Source of the DNA: Octopus vulgaris
Lineage: Eukaryota
DNA length: 64,000 bases
Assembly: GCA_951406725.2 (NCBI GenBank)
Contig: OX597815.1
Location: 115,258,001-115,322,000 of the forward strand
Direction of reading: 5' to 3'
Both the position numbers and the translations under genes were made by a program. This document shows, one piece after another, positions 1-11,344 of this stretch. The notes below the pieces were generated by a model. It saw only the letters and a program-made list of their open reading frames with translations. It was not told where the DNA came from and did not search any database. The number at the start of each line of letters is the position of its first letter. Position 1 is the first letter of the stretch.

Positions 1-546
1 TCCCAGTGATATAAACAGTCATCTCTATTTCCTCTAATTGTGCCACCCATTCTACCCCCTTTCTTTGTCACTCTTCACTGTGATATATTTTCCTACTTCA
101 TGTATCAGTCGAATTAGTAGACACACAACTACATATTCTTTGGATTTATTATTTGAAGAGAGCCATGGCATAGTAATGGTGAAGTAAAAATATCAAATGA
201 CCTGAACCAACTCATGTTCACCATAGTCCTTATGCTAAACTTCAGTTTGATGAGAGACTATGTTGTATATTGTAGGGTCATGTTGAGTGTAATGAGACAA
301 TCATTAAATGTTGAATCCACTTTGAAGTCAAACATGTTAACCTATGAATGAAAGCTTCAGTGCTACTTGTTGCAGAGATGGACAAATTAGAAGCAATCGA
401 TGTGTGATTTTTTGAGATTCACTGAACATGGAGATAAAACTTGGACATGATTTGAACCTGGCAAAGCAACTGATGTTGCTGCTATTTTATTTTTATTTGT
501 TTAGAGAATAGGGATATGTCCATAATGATTGTAAGCATTTATAAGT

Positions 547-850
547 GCAGGAGTGGTTGTGTGGTAAGTAGCTTGCTTACCAACTACATGGTTCCAAGAT
601 CAGTTCCACTGTGTGGCACCTTGAGCAAGTGTCTTCCACTATAGCCTTGGGCCGACCAAAGCCTTGTGAGTGGATTTGGTAGACGAAAACTAGTGTGCTT
701 ATGTCCCCATAGCTTAGCGGTTTGGGAAAAGAGACTGATAGAATAAGTACTAGGCTCAGAAAGAATACGTCTTAGGGTTGATTTGCTCACCTAAAGGTGG
801 TGCTCCAGCATGGCTGCAGTCAAAAGACTGAAACAAATAAAGGAATAAAA
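547..850 (+). mobile_element. tRNA-derived SINE (family A)
   Basis: A-box-like TGGTTGTGTGG and a degenerate B-box head, then GGCACCTTGAGCAAG core and ...CTGAAACAAATAAAGGAATAAAA tail; homologous copies elsewhere in the window. Confidence 0.8.
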
Positions 851-959
851 TTCTGGTGACCAGTCAGATTACTACTTTTAATGTATATGTGTAATTTGTG
901 TTTGCCTGGTTCTGGTAGGACAGATACTAATTTTTAATGGTGCTATAGTGTTTTGTAGC

Positions 960-1800
960 TTTTCTCATTGTGTCTAGGTGTTTGTGGGTGGATTAGTTAT
1001 TGAAACTTTGTCAGTTGGAGCAGGTTGCAATCCTGAATCATATTTCTTGTTTGTTTCAATGGTCCTTCTGTTTAGTTGTTTAAAAGGCCTATGGGTGTGG
1101 TATATTAAACCACCTGTCATAATGCTATAATCTATACTTTTAAAAAGTATATCAGTTTTTAAATGTAGCTTTCTTTGACACAATTATAGCAAAAGTTTTT
1201 TACTGGTTAATCAGAAGAGCAGGTCAGTGCCAATGACTTTCACAGGTCTTTGCTCCAACTGGCAAACCTGATATGGATAATATTCAGCTTGAACAGCTGG
1301 CTGACATCTACAGGAAAAGCGTAAGTAGAGAGTAAAGTTCAGAGGGTTGAAGTTCTGAAGAAGAACAATTGAATGTTGTGTTTACTGTGGGAACTTAAAG
1401 GTGAGATATGGTAGTAGTTACAAAAAGAGCAAGGATGATATGTTTTGAATGGGTGACAAGATTTTGGAGCTTGTTAGCTAAGAGGGGAAGAGGTCTTTCA
1501 ATAACTATAGAAGAAAGACAAATAAAAAACTATGCCTGTAAAGTAGTGGTTCTAGTGTCTTCCTGCCAATCAACCAAATAACCTTTTTGATTCTGACTAG
1601 GATGTTTGTGCATGTAGCAGCAGTGGTGTCCCAGAAATTTGAACAAAACCCTAATATGAGTCATACTTGGGTTTTAAAGAGAATCAGCAAGCGATGAGGA
1701 TCAGACAATTTTCTGGCCCTGAAGAGAAATCCTAGTCTTTGGGATGAAGTTTTGGTATTATGTAAAGTCTGTTTGAAGGTTCATTTGAGATTGTGAGGCC
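960..1800 (-). mobile_element. highly degraded retroelement relic, possibly Penelope-like GIY-YIG region
   Basis: Minus ORF 974-1183 contains GLIYHTHRPFKQ, weakly resembling GIY-YIG motifs; nothing else diagnostic. Confidence 0.25.
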
Positions 1801-2199
1801 AAGCATACGTAGAGACTTTGTAGTTGCTTAACCTGCAAGAAATAGCGACTAAATTTCCTCATATCACACTGTACAGTCTTAAAAAAGGAATGGTATACTG
1901 GTCAGTATAGTCCTAGAAATACAAAATGGCAGAATGCTCAGGACTGAAGTGTGTTTCATCATAGGACAGCTAAATCAGAGTTGACAACAATTCCGAGGGT
2001 TTAAAAAATTGTGTTATTCATAAGTAAGGATGGTGTAGTGCAAGACTGATACCATTACGTCGATGGTGTTGTCATGATGATGGAGGAGACTAAGTTATGT
2101 CACACAAGTTGTTTCCAATGTGTGTTTTCTGTTCTTTTCCTGGATGTATGTGAATAAGGCTTGTTTATGTGGAAAGTGTGAGTAAAATGAAGGACAGTA

Positions 2200-2520
2200 T
2201 GATCATCATTTAATGTCCATTGTCCATGCTGGCTTAGATTGGAAGGTTTGACCAGGGCTGGCAAGCTGGAAGGCTGCACCAGACTCCAATCTGATTTGGC
2301 ATGGTTTCTACAGTTGGATACCCTTCCTAATGCCAACCATTCCAAGATTGTAATGGGTGCTTTTATGTACAACTATCTTGGGTGCCATTTGTGTGACACA
2401 ACTGTGATTTTACTTGACTTCTGAAGTATGACATAATGCCAAAGGTTTTGGTCATTCGTCATTAACTCTATGAGGCCTAACATTTGAAAGGCGTTTTTCA
2501 TGTGCCACCAGCATCATCCA
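2200..2520 (-). mobile_element. RTE LINE 3' end fragment
   Basis: Reverse complement of the conserved GGTTGGCATTAGGAAGGG...CATGGA..GGACATTAAATGATGAT terminus. Confidence 0.8.
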
Positions 2521-2971
2521 CCTTGCCTCATATGCTTTATAAATGTGTTTTTAGTTTGTATTTGCCAACAAGAAAGAGATGATACACTAACAAAGTTCTT
2601 TGGAGAGGAACAAAGTAAATTGTGATGTTTATGCTTTTTTATAAAGATATTTAATGCAAGTGCATGGCAAGATCAATACATCATTGGACAAAATAACTAA
2701 CACTATTTGGTTACATTTTTTTCATTCAGTGTTAGCATTCAGACTACTCTGTCAAACATAATGCTTATTTGTTCAAATTGGTTTGGATTCATCATGCATT
2801 ATCTTTTAGCTTTAAGATTACAGTTATGTGATTGTTTATTTTTAGAAGGACATTGTATAGTGGGTGTGATAGGCCAAATCTACCCACTTTGAACATAAAA
2901 CATGTATTATTTGGGCCTGATATGGCTAAAATGTTAAAATCTCATCCAGCTCTACTTTAGTTTTCATCCTT

Positions 2972-3062
2972 CTGAGGTTAGTAAAATAAGTACCATTTGA
3001 TAAAATAAATATTTGGAGTAATAGACTCTGCCTGTGAATGGTACTTATTTTACTAACCTCAG
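2972..3062. repeat. perfect 26-bp inverted repeat in a Nin-domain SINE relic
   Basis: CTGAGGTTAGTAAAATAAGTACCATT (2972-2997) and its exact reverse complement (3037-3062). Confidence 0.9.
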
Positions 3063-3224
3063 TATGTCCACAGTCCAATAACAAAAACCAATAAAAGAAT
3101 AAAAGACTTAGAGTTCCATTAACAAAGAAATCAGTAACTAAATTAGCTTGTGTACTTCATTTACCAGATGCTTATTAACACCCAGCTGTTGTGGTTGAGG
3201 AAGTTCAAATCTTTTACCTTCTAT

Positions 3225-3400
3225 CTTTCACTTGTTTCAGTCATTAGGCTGTGCCCATGCTGGGGCACTACCTTGAAGTATTTAGTCGAATAAATCAACC
3301 CCACTACATTTTATTTTCAGTTTACTTATTCTATTAATCACTTTTGCTGAACTGCTAAGTTACAGGGATATAAAAAAAACATTGGTCATCAAGCAGTGAT
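3225..3400 (-). mobile_element. SINE family A 3' half
   Basis: Matches the reverse complement of the 3' half of 547-850. Confidence 0.7.
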
Positions 3401-4033
3401 ATGTATCATCAATTGCTATGGCCAGCATGATACCTGAAGACAATGTAAGGGATATAAAATACTTTTGTAAAGTGTTTTATTGGTAACTGTACATAGCAGT
3501 GATTGTATAACATGTATAGAATTGGGTAATCCATTTCAAAACGTTTATTGTCTTATTTTTAGGGGTTAATCTTCTGATATATTATAAAATTCACTTGGTC
3601 CTAGCCCATATTGGAGGCTGTAGTCCACTATATAACCCTTCTAATTTTTTTTTCAGCAGTATAATACCAAATTTGGCATGAAGGTTTTTCATTACTTGGG
3701 GAAACTTCTAGGAGTGTCAAATTTTGTCCCTTGCCCATATAGAGAGCTGTACCCCCCACCACCACCACCACCATATGACTCTTCCGATTTTTTTCAGCAG
3801 TATAATAGTTTCACTTTTATTCTTTCACTTTTGATATAATATTGTTTCACCTTTATTCTTTCACTTTTGACTTGTTTTCTTTTTCAGTGGCATAATATTA
3901 TTTCACTTTTACTCATTCACTTTTGATAAGACTATAATATTGTTTATACTACAATACATACAGCTGCTTACAAAAATAGAGATTAATGTATAATCTTTCT
4001 ATGTTCATAATTTTTTGTATACAATATTGAAAG

Positions 4034-4712
4034 ATGCCACCAAAGAAAAGATGTAGTCTCTCCAGAAACAACTATAAAGTAAGGAGGATTGTAGAAAACC
4101 AAAGGCAAGAGTTTCAAGAGAGAAAGGAGATGAGACTTTCTCAAGATCAGAAAACACATGCTGCAGCACATCAAATGGAGTTTCAAGAGAGAAGGGAAAT
4201 GAGAGTTTCACAAGACCAGCAAATGCATGCTGCAGCATGTCAAATACAGTCTCAAGAGAGAAGAGAAATGAGACTTTCCGAACATCATCAATTAGAGTCT
4301 CAAGACAGAAGTGAGATGAGATTTTCCCAAGATCAGGAAGTGCATGCTGCAGCACATCAGATGGAGTCTCAATACAGAAGGGAGATGAGACTTTCCCAAA
4401 ATTTCCAATAAAACTAATGGCATGTGCTGCTCAGGCAGTAAGGTAAGATTGCCAGCACTACCAGCTCCTCCTCAACCTCTTATAGATCTGGAAGGCACTT
4501 CCATCCAGTCAAAGGATTTTCTGAACAATATCAGACAATACAACTCTGCATTTCAAATATTATTTGGTGCAGCTAAGGAGATAGTTGAACATGGATTTAC
4601 GCCAACGTTCAAAGTTCAAGAGCAAGTCTATCACCCTATTGCTTCCCTGTTACCCCCAAATGAACAACTACACTTCCTTCAGATTTACTTCTTGAGTGAT
4701 GTAGGACAATAA
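4034..4712 (+). pseudogene. Helitron RepHel N-terminal fragment (two broken ORFs)
   Basis: 69-bp/23-aa repeats E(F/S)QERREMRLSQDQ..HAAAHQM, followed by Helitron Rep N-terminal motifs; no HUH or helicase motifs retained. Confidence 0.8.
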
Positions 4713-5036
4713 ACCTGAAGGAGGTGTCAAAATTTTAGATGATGGGTCATGTTAGACTCATAACCGACTGCTGCAAAGGAGAGTATATCCACTGATAGCC
4801 TTTCGGTGCATTCAAAAATCACATACCCCCACACACAATTTCCATGATGGGTTAGGGCCAGGAATACTCCAAACAGAGGCATGACATGTTGCTTAGTTGA
4901 ATTAGCCTATCATTTACTCCACAAATGTTTTGTTGTCAATGCTGCACTTTCCCATAACACCTGTTTCAAAATAACCGTAATATATATATATAAACTATGC
5001 CATTTTAATACCAAGCAATGCTGGTATCTCTGTTAG
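4034..5036 (+). mobile_element. Helitron relic (internally deleted): STPR-like repeats, Rep N-terminal region and 3' terminus; 5' end not defined
   Basis: ORF 4422-4712 has MCC..KVRLP...FLNNIRQYNSAFQ...FKVQEQVYH.I.SLLP...FLQIYF, typical of Helitron RepHel; 3' hairpin ATACCAAGCAATGCTGGTAT (5008-5027) then TTAG|T (degenerate CTAG). Confidence 0.8.
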
Positions 5037-5049
5037 TATAATAGAAGTT

Positions 5050-7340
5050 TCACACAAAACTGTTATGCCTCTACTAAGTTTCCAATAGAATTATATAGGT
5101 CATGAAGCTTGTAGAAAACCCTTGGCTATTTAAGAATTGTTTCTATTCAGAAGACATTTTGGTTACTCCCACTGTTTAAAAAAAAAACAAAAGAAAGCAA
5201 CAGTAGCATGCCAAAAATAGAGAAGTGATGGGTCAAGTATTTTCTAACAACAGATGTATTTGTGCCAGAGCGTGAATAGACAAATGGAAAATGAAGAAAA
5301 TTTGTCAATTGTGTTACATGTACATTTGAATTATTAGAAGTGGCTCTTTAAAATCTATTGATAAACATTCAAATGAATGGGTAGCTTTTTATTAAAGGGG
5401 TTTCGTTTGGACAATCAAAGTTAGGTTTAATTTTGTGCAGAATTATCATACTTCATCAACAGAAAACAGTAAGTTGCATACTTTTATAAAATGAATGTAC
5501 TAAGGAATTATACAGTAATTCTAAATTTATAGTTGTCAAAAGCAGTCGCACAAGTATGAGACATTTGATCAGCTGAACGATTCCCTAAACCAGATCAGTA
5601 GTTTGTAGTGCATGAGAGAGGATGTTTAATTCTCCAGCAGAGGATTTTAGAATTTTTTTTTCATTTTTCTTTCCTTGCTTTTTTATTGTCAAACATGAAT
5701 GAAATGGATCTTTGATGTGTCACTAAAAATAAAATGTTTCGTGAGGAAATATTTCCATTTTCTCACACTTTTTGTAACTGCTTAAGCTTCTTTTTTGACT
5801 ATGTAGTAGGAGTCTTTTCAGAATTATTTAAGGACCATGAGAAACATACCACAGGTCTAATACAGTGTGATAATTTTGCCACAGTAGTTTCATTAGTGGC
5901 ATCTGTTTTCATAGTAAAAGACAATTCATTACCAATAGTGACCACAGCTACTCATTTAACATCATTTTAATAGAATTGGTGTATTTTATAGTGTTCTCAG
6001 ACAGATAGAAACTTGCACCAGCTAACAACCTAATTTTAGAAAAGTGGGATAGGATCCATTTAACACATTTAAAAATCTCAAGCCCCTTTTGTATTTTTTT
6101 TTTTTTTTTACTAAATTAAATTATAGATAGCTCTTCAAGAAGTCAAACATGTTCTGAATCAACATGTAATTCTCCATGTGAAATCAGATTAGTTAATAGT
6201 TATTAGATTGTCTTCAAATTTATTTTTATTTAAGGTTAGATTATTGCATATTTTGATGGCAATTAAAAAAAAAGTTCAAAAGGATTGTATCATGTTCTAA
6301 TTTTGTTTTTCTACAAACTAAAATATCTTAAAAATATAAACAGGTACCTTTAAGATTCTTTTTATTGATAAATTTATTCATGATTTACTGAAACACTGAA
6401 ACACCATTTGTAATATCCATAGAAACTTCAGTAAAGTGATACAGACCTCCACCCCAACTGCTTGGAAAACTGTGACAGATCTTTCCATAGGTATTATCCA
6501 AATTTGTTAATAAGTACTACTTAGATCAATTTTGCTACAATGTTTATCTTTAGATAATATATTTACTAGAGGTTGAATGAATGAAACAGATGGCTTAGAT
6601 TGTGAAGCAGAAGTGGTGTGACCAGCAGACCAATATGCAATAGCCTAGTTTTACTCTTTTACGCTTTCAACAAACAGCAGTTTTAGCTTTTTAGGTTTAA
6701 GGATTGACTATTGAGTTGACACAGAAAATACCTGTTCTTGAGGTATTAGGGGATACTGTGGGGATTTGTTCCAATTTATCACTTAAATATCCATTGCTAA
6801 CACCAAAGCATCCCAAGGAAACAACAAACATTTGATATGTTTCTGCTTTGAGTTTGTTCCAAAGGTTTAGCCTGCCTGCCAGATGACATTAGCCTGTGTT
6901 GAATATTTAAAAAAAAATTAAATTGATGTTCAATATTCTAACTGTTCAGATTTAAAAAAAAACAGTTAGGTTTTAATATCTTTATGCATTCAATAAATAA
7001 TAATTAAAATAAAATGGCTATGTCTTTTGCCTTTTCATCTAGTACCATGCCAACTTTGGGAAACAAATAATAATGATAAGTTTATTGTATACAGTGCTCA
7101 GATGTACAATATTTGAGTGTATTTCACATATAAAAGAGTCCCTTATAAATGCTAGTGTATTTTCTTCATCCTTTGTGGCTTTAAAACCATAATCATGAGT
7201 TAATGCAATTAAATTCTGTAGAAATTCATCTTTGTTTCCATAGTGCTTGGATTTCACATATGCTTCTTTTAGCTATTTTTAGAGCATCATCAAAAGTTGT
7301 ACAATCATATATGATGTCTACTATATTAAGCCCAATGTGT
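5050..7340 (-). mobile_element. ancient degraded Ty3/gypsy internal region
   Basis: Minus strand about 5620-5970 reads FTMKTDAT...RPVVCFSWSLNNSE...KWKYFL...KILCWRI (RNase H-like); ORF 7039-7257 has DEFLQNLIALTHDYGF...IRDSFICEI (gag-like). Confidence 0.6.
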
Positions 7341-7434
7341 GTGTGTGTGTGTGTGAGCAAGAGCCTGCCTGAGTTTGTTAGGATTAAAGTCTGGGTCAGT
7401 AATTATTAGGAAATTCTCCTAATCCATAATTTAA

Positions 7435-7655
7435 CCCTTTAGCATTTAAACAGGCCATATCCAGCCTAAATATTCTACCAGTTCTATATTCAAACTGACC
7501 AGATTGAGCCTCTCACACCTATCATACAATGTCATTCTAAAAATAGGTAATCACTTTACTGAAGTGTTGAAGCGACATGATAATGCATGATTAATTCAAA
7601 ACAATGTGAATAAATAAGAATTACATTTGACAGAGTAATCATAATACTAGAAGGG
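7435..7655. mobile_element. piggyBac-type MITE
   Basis: TTAA|CCCTTTAGCATT ... AATACTAGAAGGG|TTAA, i.e. TTAA TSD and CCC/GGG termini. Confidence 0.8.
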
Positions 7656-8139
7656 TTAAAATTCTTACCATATTAAGAAGAGTTTGTTGGAATATTAAAT
7701 TTGTCTGATCTAGCTATGCTATCCATTTTCCTTCAATGATTGATATCTTTTTAAGTGATTAAACTGTTATGATAAAGAAATTCTGGATATAATCCTTTGG
7801 TTACCATTGATGACCCACAATGCTTTCAATGCACAGGTACATAGATTGCCGAATTACTATCAACTAATTATTTCCTGTTTAACCAGAAGAGTCATCAGTA
7901 AACAATAGTATGCAGAGACAAAGAAGTTGTTAATAGAAAATTATGTAGAGTGTAAAATTTTGATTTTCAAATCCTAATTTTCATGAATTTTTTGCAATTT
8001 GAGTGACATGCTCCAGCATTAATTTAGCTCTTTGCCTTATCAAAAAGCTAGAGCTAAAATGTTTGATTGAGCAATATATATACTGTCTTTTAGAGACAGT
8101 ATATGTTGCTTGACTAAAAGAAATAGGTGAGATGCAGAT

Positions 8140-8270
8140 AGAGATGAAAGGAAGAGAGATAGAAAGAGAGAAAGGGGGAAGGAGAGAGAAAAGGGGGGAG
8201 AGGGGAAAAGAGAGAGAGAGAGAAAGAAAGGGAAAGAGAGAGAGAGAGAAAGAGAGGGAGTGAGGGAGAT
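8140..8270. repeat. GA-rich low-complexity tract
   Basis: (GA)n and polypurine runs. Confidence 0.9.
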
Positions 8271-8335
8271 CATGTTAGTTGCATAATCAATGATACATGC
8301 TAAAATGTAACACACATCCATTAATTTTAATTTAA

Positions 8336-9457
8336 CCTTTTAGCATTTAAACTGACCATATCCAACCCAAATATTCTACCCATTCTATGGTCAAACTCAC
8401 CAAATCCAGCCTCTCACACCTACCATATAATATCATTCTAAAATTAGACAATCACTTTATTGGAATGTTGAAGCTACAAGATAATGCACGATTAATTCAA
8501 AGCAATGTGAATAAATAAGAACTTATAATGGAATTGAAGGCTTGTGATACCTGTGGAGTATCTCTTTCTCCCATTATAATAGTTTTGTAGCTTCAAGGAG
8601 CTGGAATGGGTTGCCGATTTGGGCTGTCTGTGAGAAGTGAGGTGATGAGAATGGCTCCTTAGTACATCACACAGTCAATACAATAAATATAAATAGAACA
8701 ATGCATATGTGTGCCAGAGGGAAATAAGGGACACAACTGGGAAGAATGTTTAAGAAAAGATTTATTTATATGTTAACATGCGTGATTATGTGTGCGTCAT
8801 ATATACAGAATGATAGATAGGCTGTCATAAGAATAAGATGTATGCGTGTGTATGTAAGCATAGATGTATGCATGTTAAGAACGTATAAGGATGGCAATGA
8901 AGAAGAGACAGTGAAAGAGTCTGTAGCCATCGAAGTGAGGAGTAAGTTCAAAGACACAAGAATGATAAATACCAGTTCTTAGTCACTTGTACATGATAGT
9001 TGAAATACTGTATCAAGAAGTTGCAGTGATGATGCAGAGCCGGAGCAGTACGTGTCATATGTGAAGTTGTGGCTGTGATGCTGCTCTCTGGGTCACTTGG
9101 TGTGTTGTTGCTGGAACTGGCTGTGTCTTGTGTGGTCAGTGGCTAGACCTTAAAAGAACTAGAACTGAGTTGGGTTTTTTTATAAGGACTTGTAGGCTCA
9201 GCTGAGATAGAAAACACATATGACGTTATTTGAAGGCTGTGATTAGTTGGGTTGAATATTGGTGTGCGATAGAACAAGAGAAAATTGCACCAATACCAAC
9301 CAATCAGAGCAGTGGACACAACAAGGTCCAAAATGTGGTAAAAGGCTAGCTGTTATCTACTATGTTCGTATGTATGTATATATAATAGAGAAGAGAGGAA
9401 TTTTACTCAAGTGTACACTACAAACTACATCTGACAGAGTAATCTCAATGCTAAAAG
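8336..9457. mobile_element. second copy of the piggyBac-type MITE, split by a solo LTR
   Basis: 8336-8523 and 9423-9457 align colinearly to 7435-7655. Confidence 0.75.
8524..9422. mobile_element. solo LTR (gypsy-type)
   Basis: 899-bp insert in the MITE; AACT TSD (8520-8523, 9423-9426); termini TATAATG...CACTACA (degenerate TGTAGTG...CACTACA). Confidence 0.7.
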
Positions 9458-9822
9458 TTTAAACTTAACCATATTAAGTTGATCCAAATGATTTCAATCC
9501 ATACCAATAAAAGTTTTCTCTCCTCAATCTTAATTACCACAATTCAGTATTAGTAAAATATTTCATCCCTGATTTATGAATCTATCTCAAATATCAATTC
9601 CCACTTCACTTCATGATCTAATCCTTCTAATAAATGATTCTTTTGTGTATACGTACCATCTACTTTAAAATTCTTGACACCATTTTAAAATGTGTCTCAT
9701 CATACATCATTAAGTATTCCATTTGAGCAGTGTATGTGCTTTCTTTTGTTAATATCAAGGGTGAGGCCTGAGGGGCATGTGCCCCCACTTAAGAAAATAA
9801 GTGCACCCTTCTAAATAACCTA

Positions 9823-10240
9823 TGTAGTGATGCTACTGTGTAAGGTTCAGCGCGCATGCGCAGAATGGGACTACTTCCGGGTGGCCACCGGAAGTCTTCC
9901 CCATGCGCATGTGCAGGAAACTGACCCCTAAGGTACAAATCACTCATTCATCCTCTCTGGCCATTTCAGCCCTCGGGAACAGACGTGCATTTGGTAGTCT
10001 CTGATAACTATACCGACTCAACCGCGGACGACATTGAATCACTTCAACCAACCAACAAGAAGCTGTACAACAGATTCGGCTGCCATTTTCCCTTCAGAAA
10101 TACGTACACCATCACGAATAATAAACAACACTGCTGTCTTTCCCAGATAACCTCACTTCGTCTGTTATATCTAAATAAATTGTATGTGACGGGATCGGAT
10201 CGACACCCCTTCAGTGATACCGATTCCAGATCCTGTTACA
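9823..10240 (+). repeat. 5' LTR
   Basis: Direct repeat of 14646-15063; 13 substitutions by manual count. Confidence 0.97.
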
Positions 10241-10242
10241 AT

Positions 10243-10252
10243 TGGTGACCCC
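10243..10252 (+). promoter_or_regulatory. primer binding site, tRNA-Trp-like
   Basis: TGGTGACCCC 2 nt after the LTR; complementary to the tRNA-Trp 3' end (...GGGGUCACCA). Confidence 0.75.
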
Positions 10253-10626
10253 AAGTAGAAAAAAAAAAAAGAACAGAAGACGCAGCGAACAGGTTTTGCC
10301 AGTTAGAGCACTGAACACTCAGTTTTCACTTTCATTTTTCTTTTCCTTTCAGGACGGCGAAGGTGCGTAAAAAACAAAAGTTTTATTCATCGCGCTCAGT
10401 ACACTGAAAAAAAAAAAAAGAAACACATACACATTATTTTTTTTTCCTTTTCTGTACCTTTTGTTTTTCCTTTGTGCACACACACACTTATTCTTTACTA
10501 CCCACGAGGAGTACACACACACCAGTACACAAAACACGATTTTGATTTGCTTTGTCGGTTCCACGTGTTCTCCACTTCTTGTTCATACCTTCTGCCCCTT
10601 TCTGACAGGCGATTCTTCAGACAAAC

Positions 10627-11313
10627 ATGGCTGCATCAGGTTTGCCTTTATTCACAGGGGATGTGGGTCTGTGGTTTGCCCAGGTGGAGTCGCATTTTGA
10701 CGCACATGCTGTTCCTCCACAGCAGCAGTTGCATCTGCTATATTCAAGTTTACATCCCCGACTCGCCACATCGGTCAGGGATCTCATAATAAGTCCCCAC
10801 CCGGACGCCACATACGCGTCAGTAAAAGCCGAAATCCTCCGCCGCAACACGCAGTCGGAGGAGAGTAATTTTAAGGAGCTGATGGCCGAGGAACTGTTGG
10901 GATACAGGACTCCATCCCAGTTCCTGCGCCACCTACGGGAGCTGAGCGGGAATGCAGCGGACGCACCGCTCTTACGGAGGATTCTCTTCTCCAGGTTGCC
11001 TGCCCACGTGAAGACAATGTTGGCCACGGTACTGGAGTCTGTGTCAGTAGACCAGATTGCCACGATGGCCGATAAAATATTGGAATTTCCGAAACCATCT
11101 CCATCGCAAGGCCTGTGCGCATGTACAGAGCCCCCTCCGACAGTTTCTCTGACGCAAAATTCACTAGCCGAGCGGCTCGATGCGCTCACGCGGCGAATCG
11201 ATGATCTGTGCCGTGCGATCGGGCGCCGACCACGCAGTCGTAGTCGCAGTGGCTCTGCCGTAAAGGCAGAACGGTGTACCCAGCCATGTACTTTCCAGCC
11301 CTCGGGAAACTAA
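10627..11313 (+). CDS. gag: gypsy Gag
   Basis: Open 228-aa ORF after the PBS; WFAQVESHF, LGYRTPSQFLRHL, RS-rich C-terminus ending PSGN*. Confidence 0.9.
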   Translation: MAASGLPLFTGDVGLWFAQVESHFDAHAVPPQQQLHLLYSSLHPRLATSVRDLIISPHPDATYASVKAEILRRNTQSEESNFKELMAEELLGYRTPSQFLRHLRELSGNAADAPLLRRILFSRLPAHVKTMLATVLESVSVDQIATMADKILEFPKPSPSQGLCACTEPPPTVSLTQNSLAERLDALTRRIDDLCRAIGRRPRSRSRSGSAVKAERCTQPCTFQPSGN

Positions 11314-11344
11314 ATCCGGAGGAGGTGAGCACGTCACCTTCTTC
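11304..11344 (+). promoter_or_regulatory. -1 ribosomal frameshift signal
   Basis: G GGA AAC heptamer immediately before the gag stop, 7-nt spacer, 11-bp stem GGAGGAGGTGA/TCACCTTCTTC; pol is in the -1 frame. Confidence 0.8.

Noticed and set aside
547-620. tRNA gene candidates at SINE heads
   Set aside because: No cloverleaf; they continue into the SINE core and tail
7868-7900. Minus-strand CTGATGA...GAAA
   Set aside because: No credible stems I, II or III; likely chance
9985-10248. ORFs within the LTRs (also 14808-15224) and antisense ORF 10617-11189
   Set aside because: No motifs; incidental frames in LTR or GC-rich gag antisense
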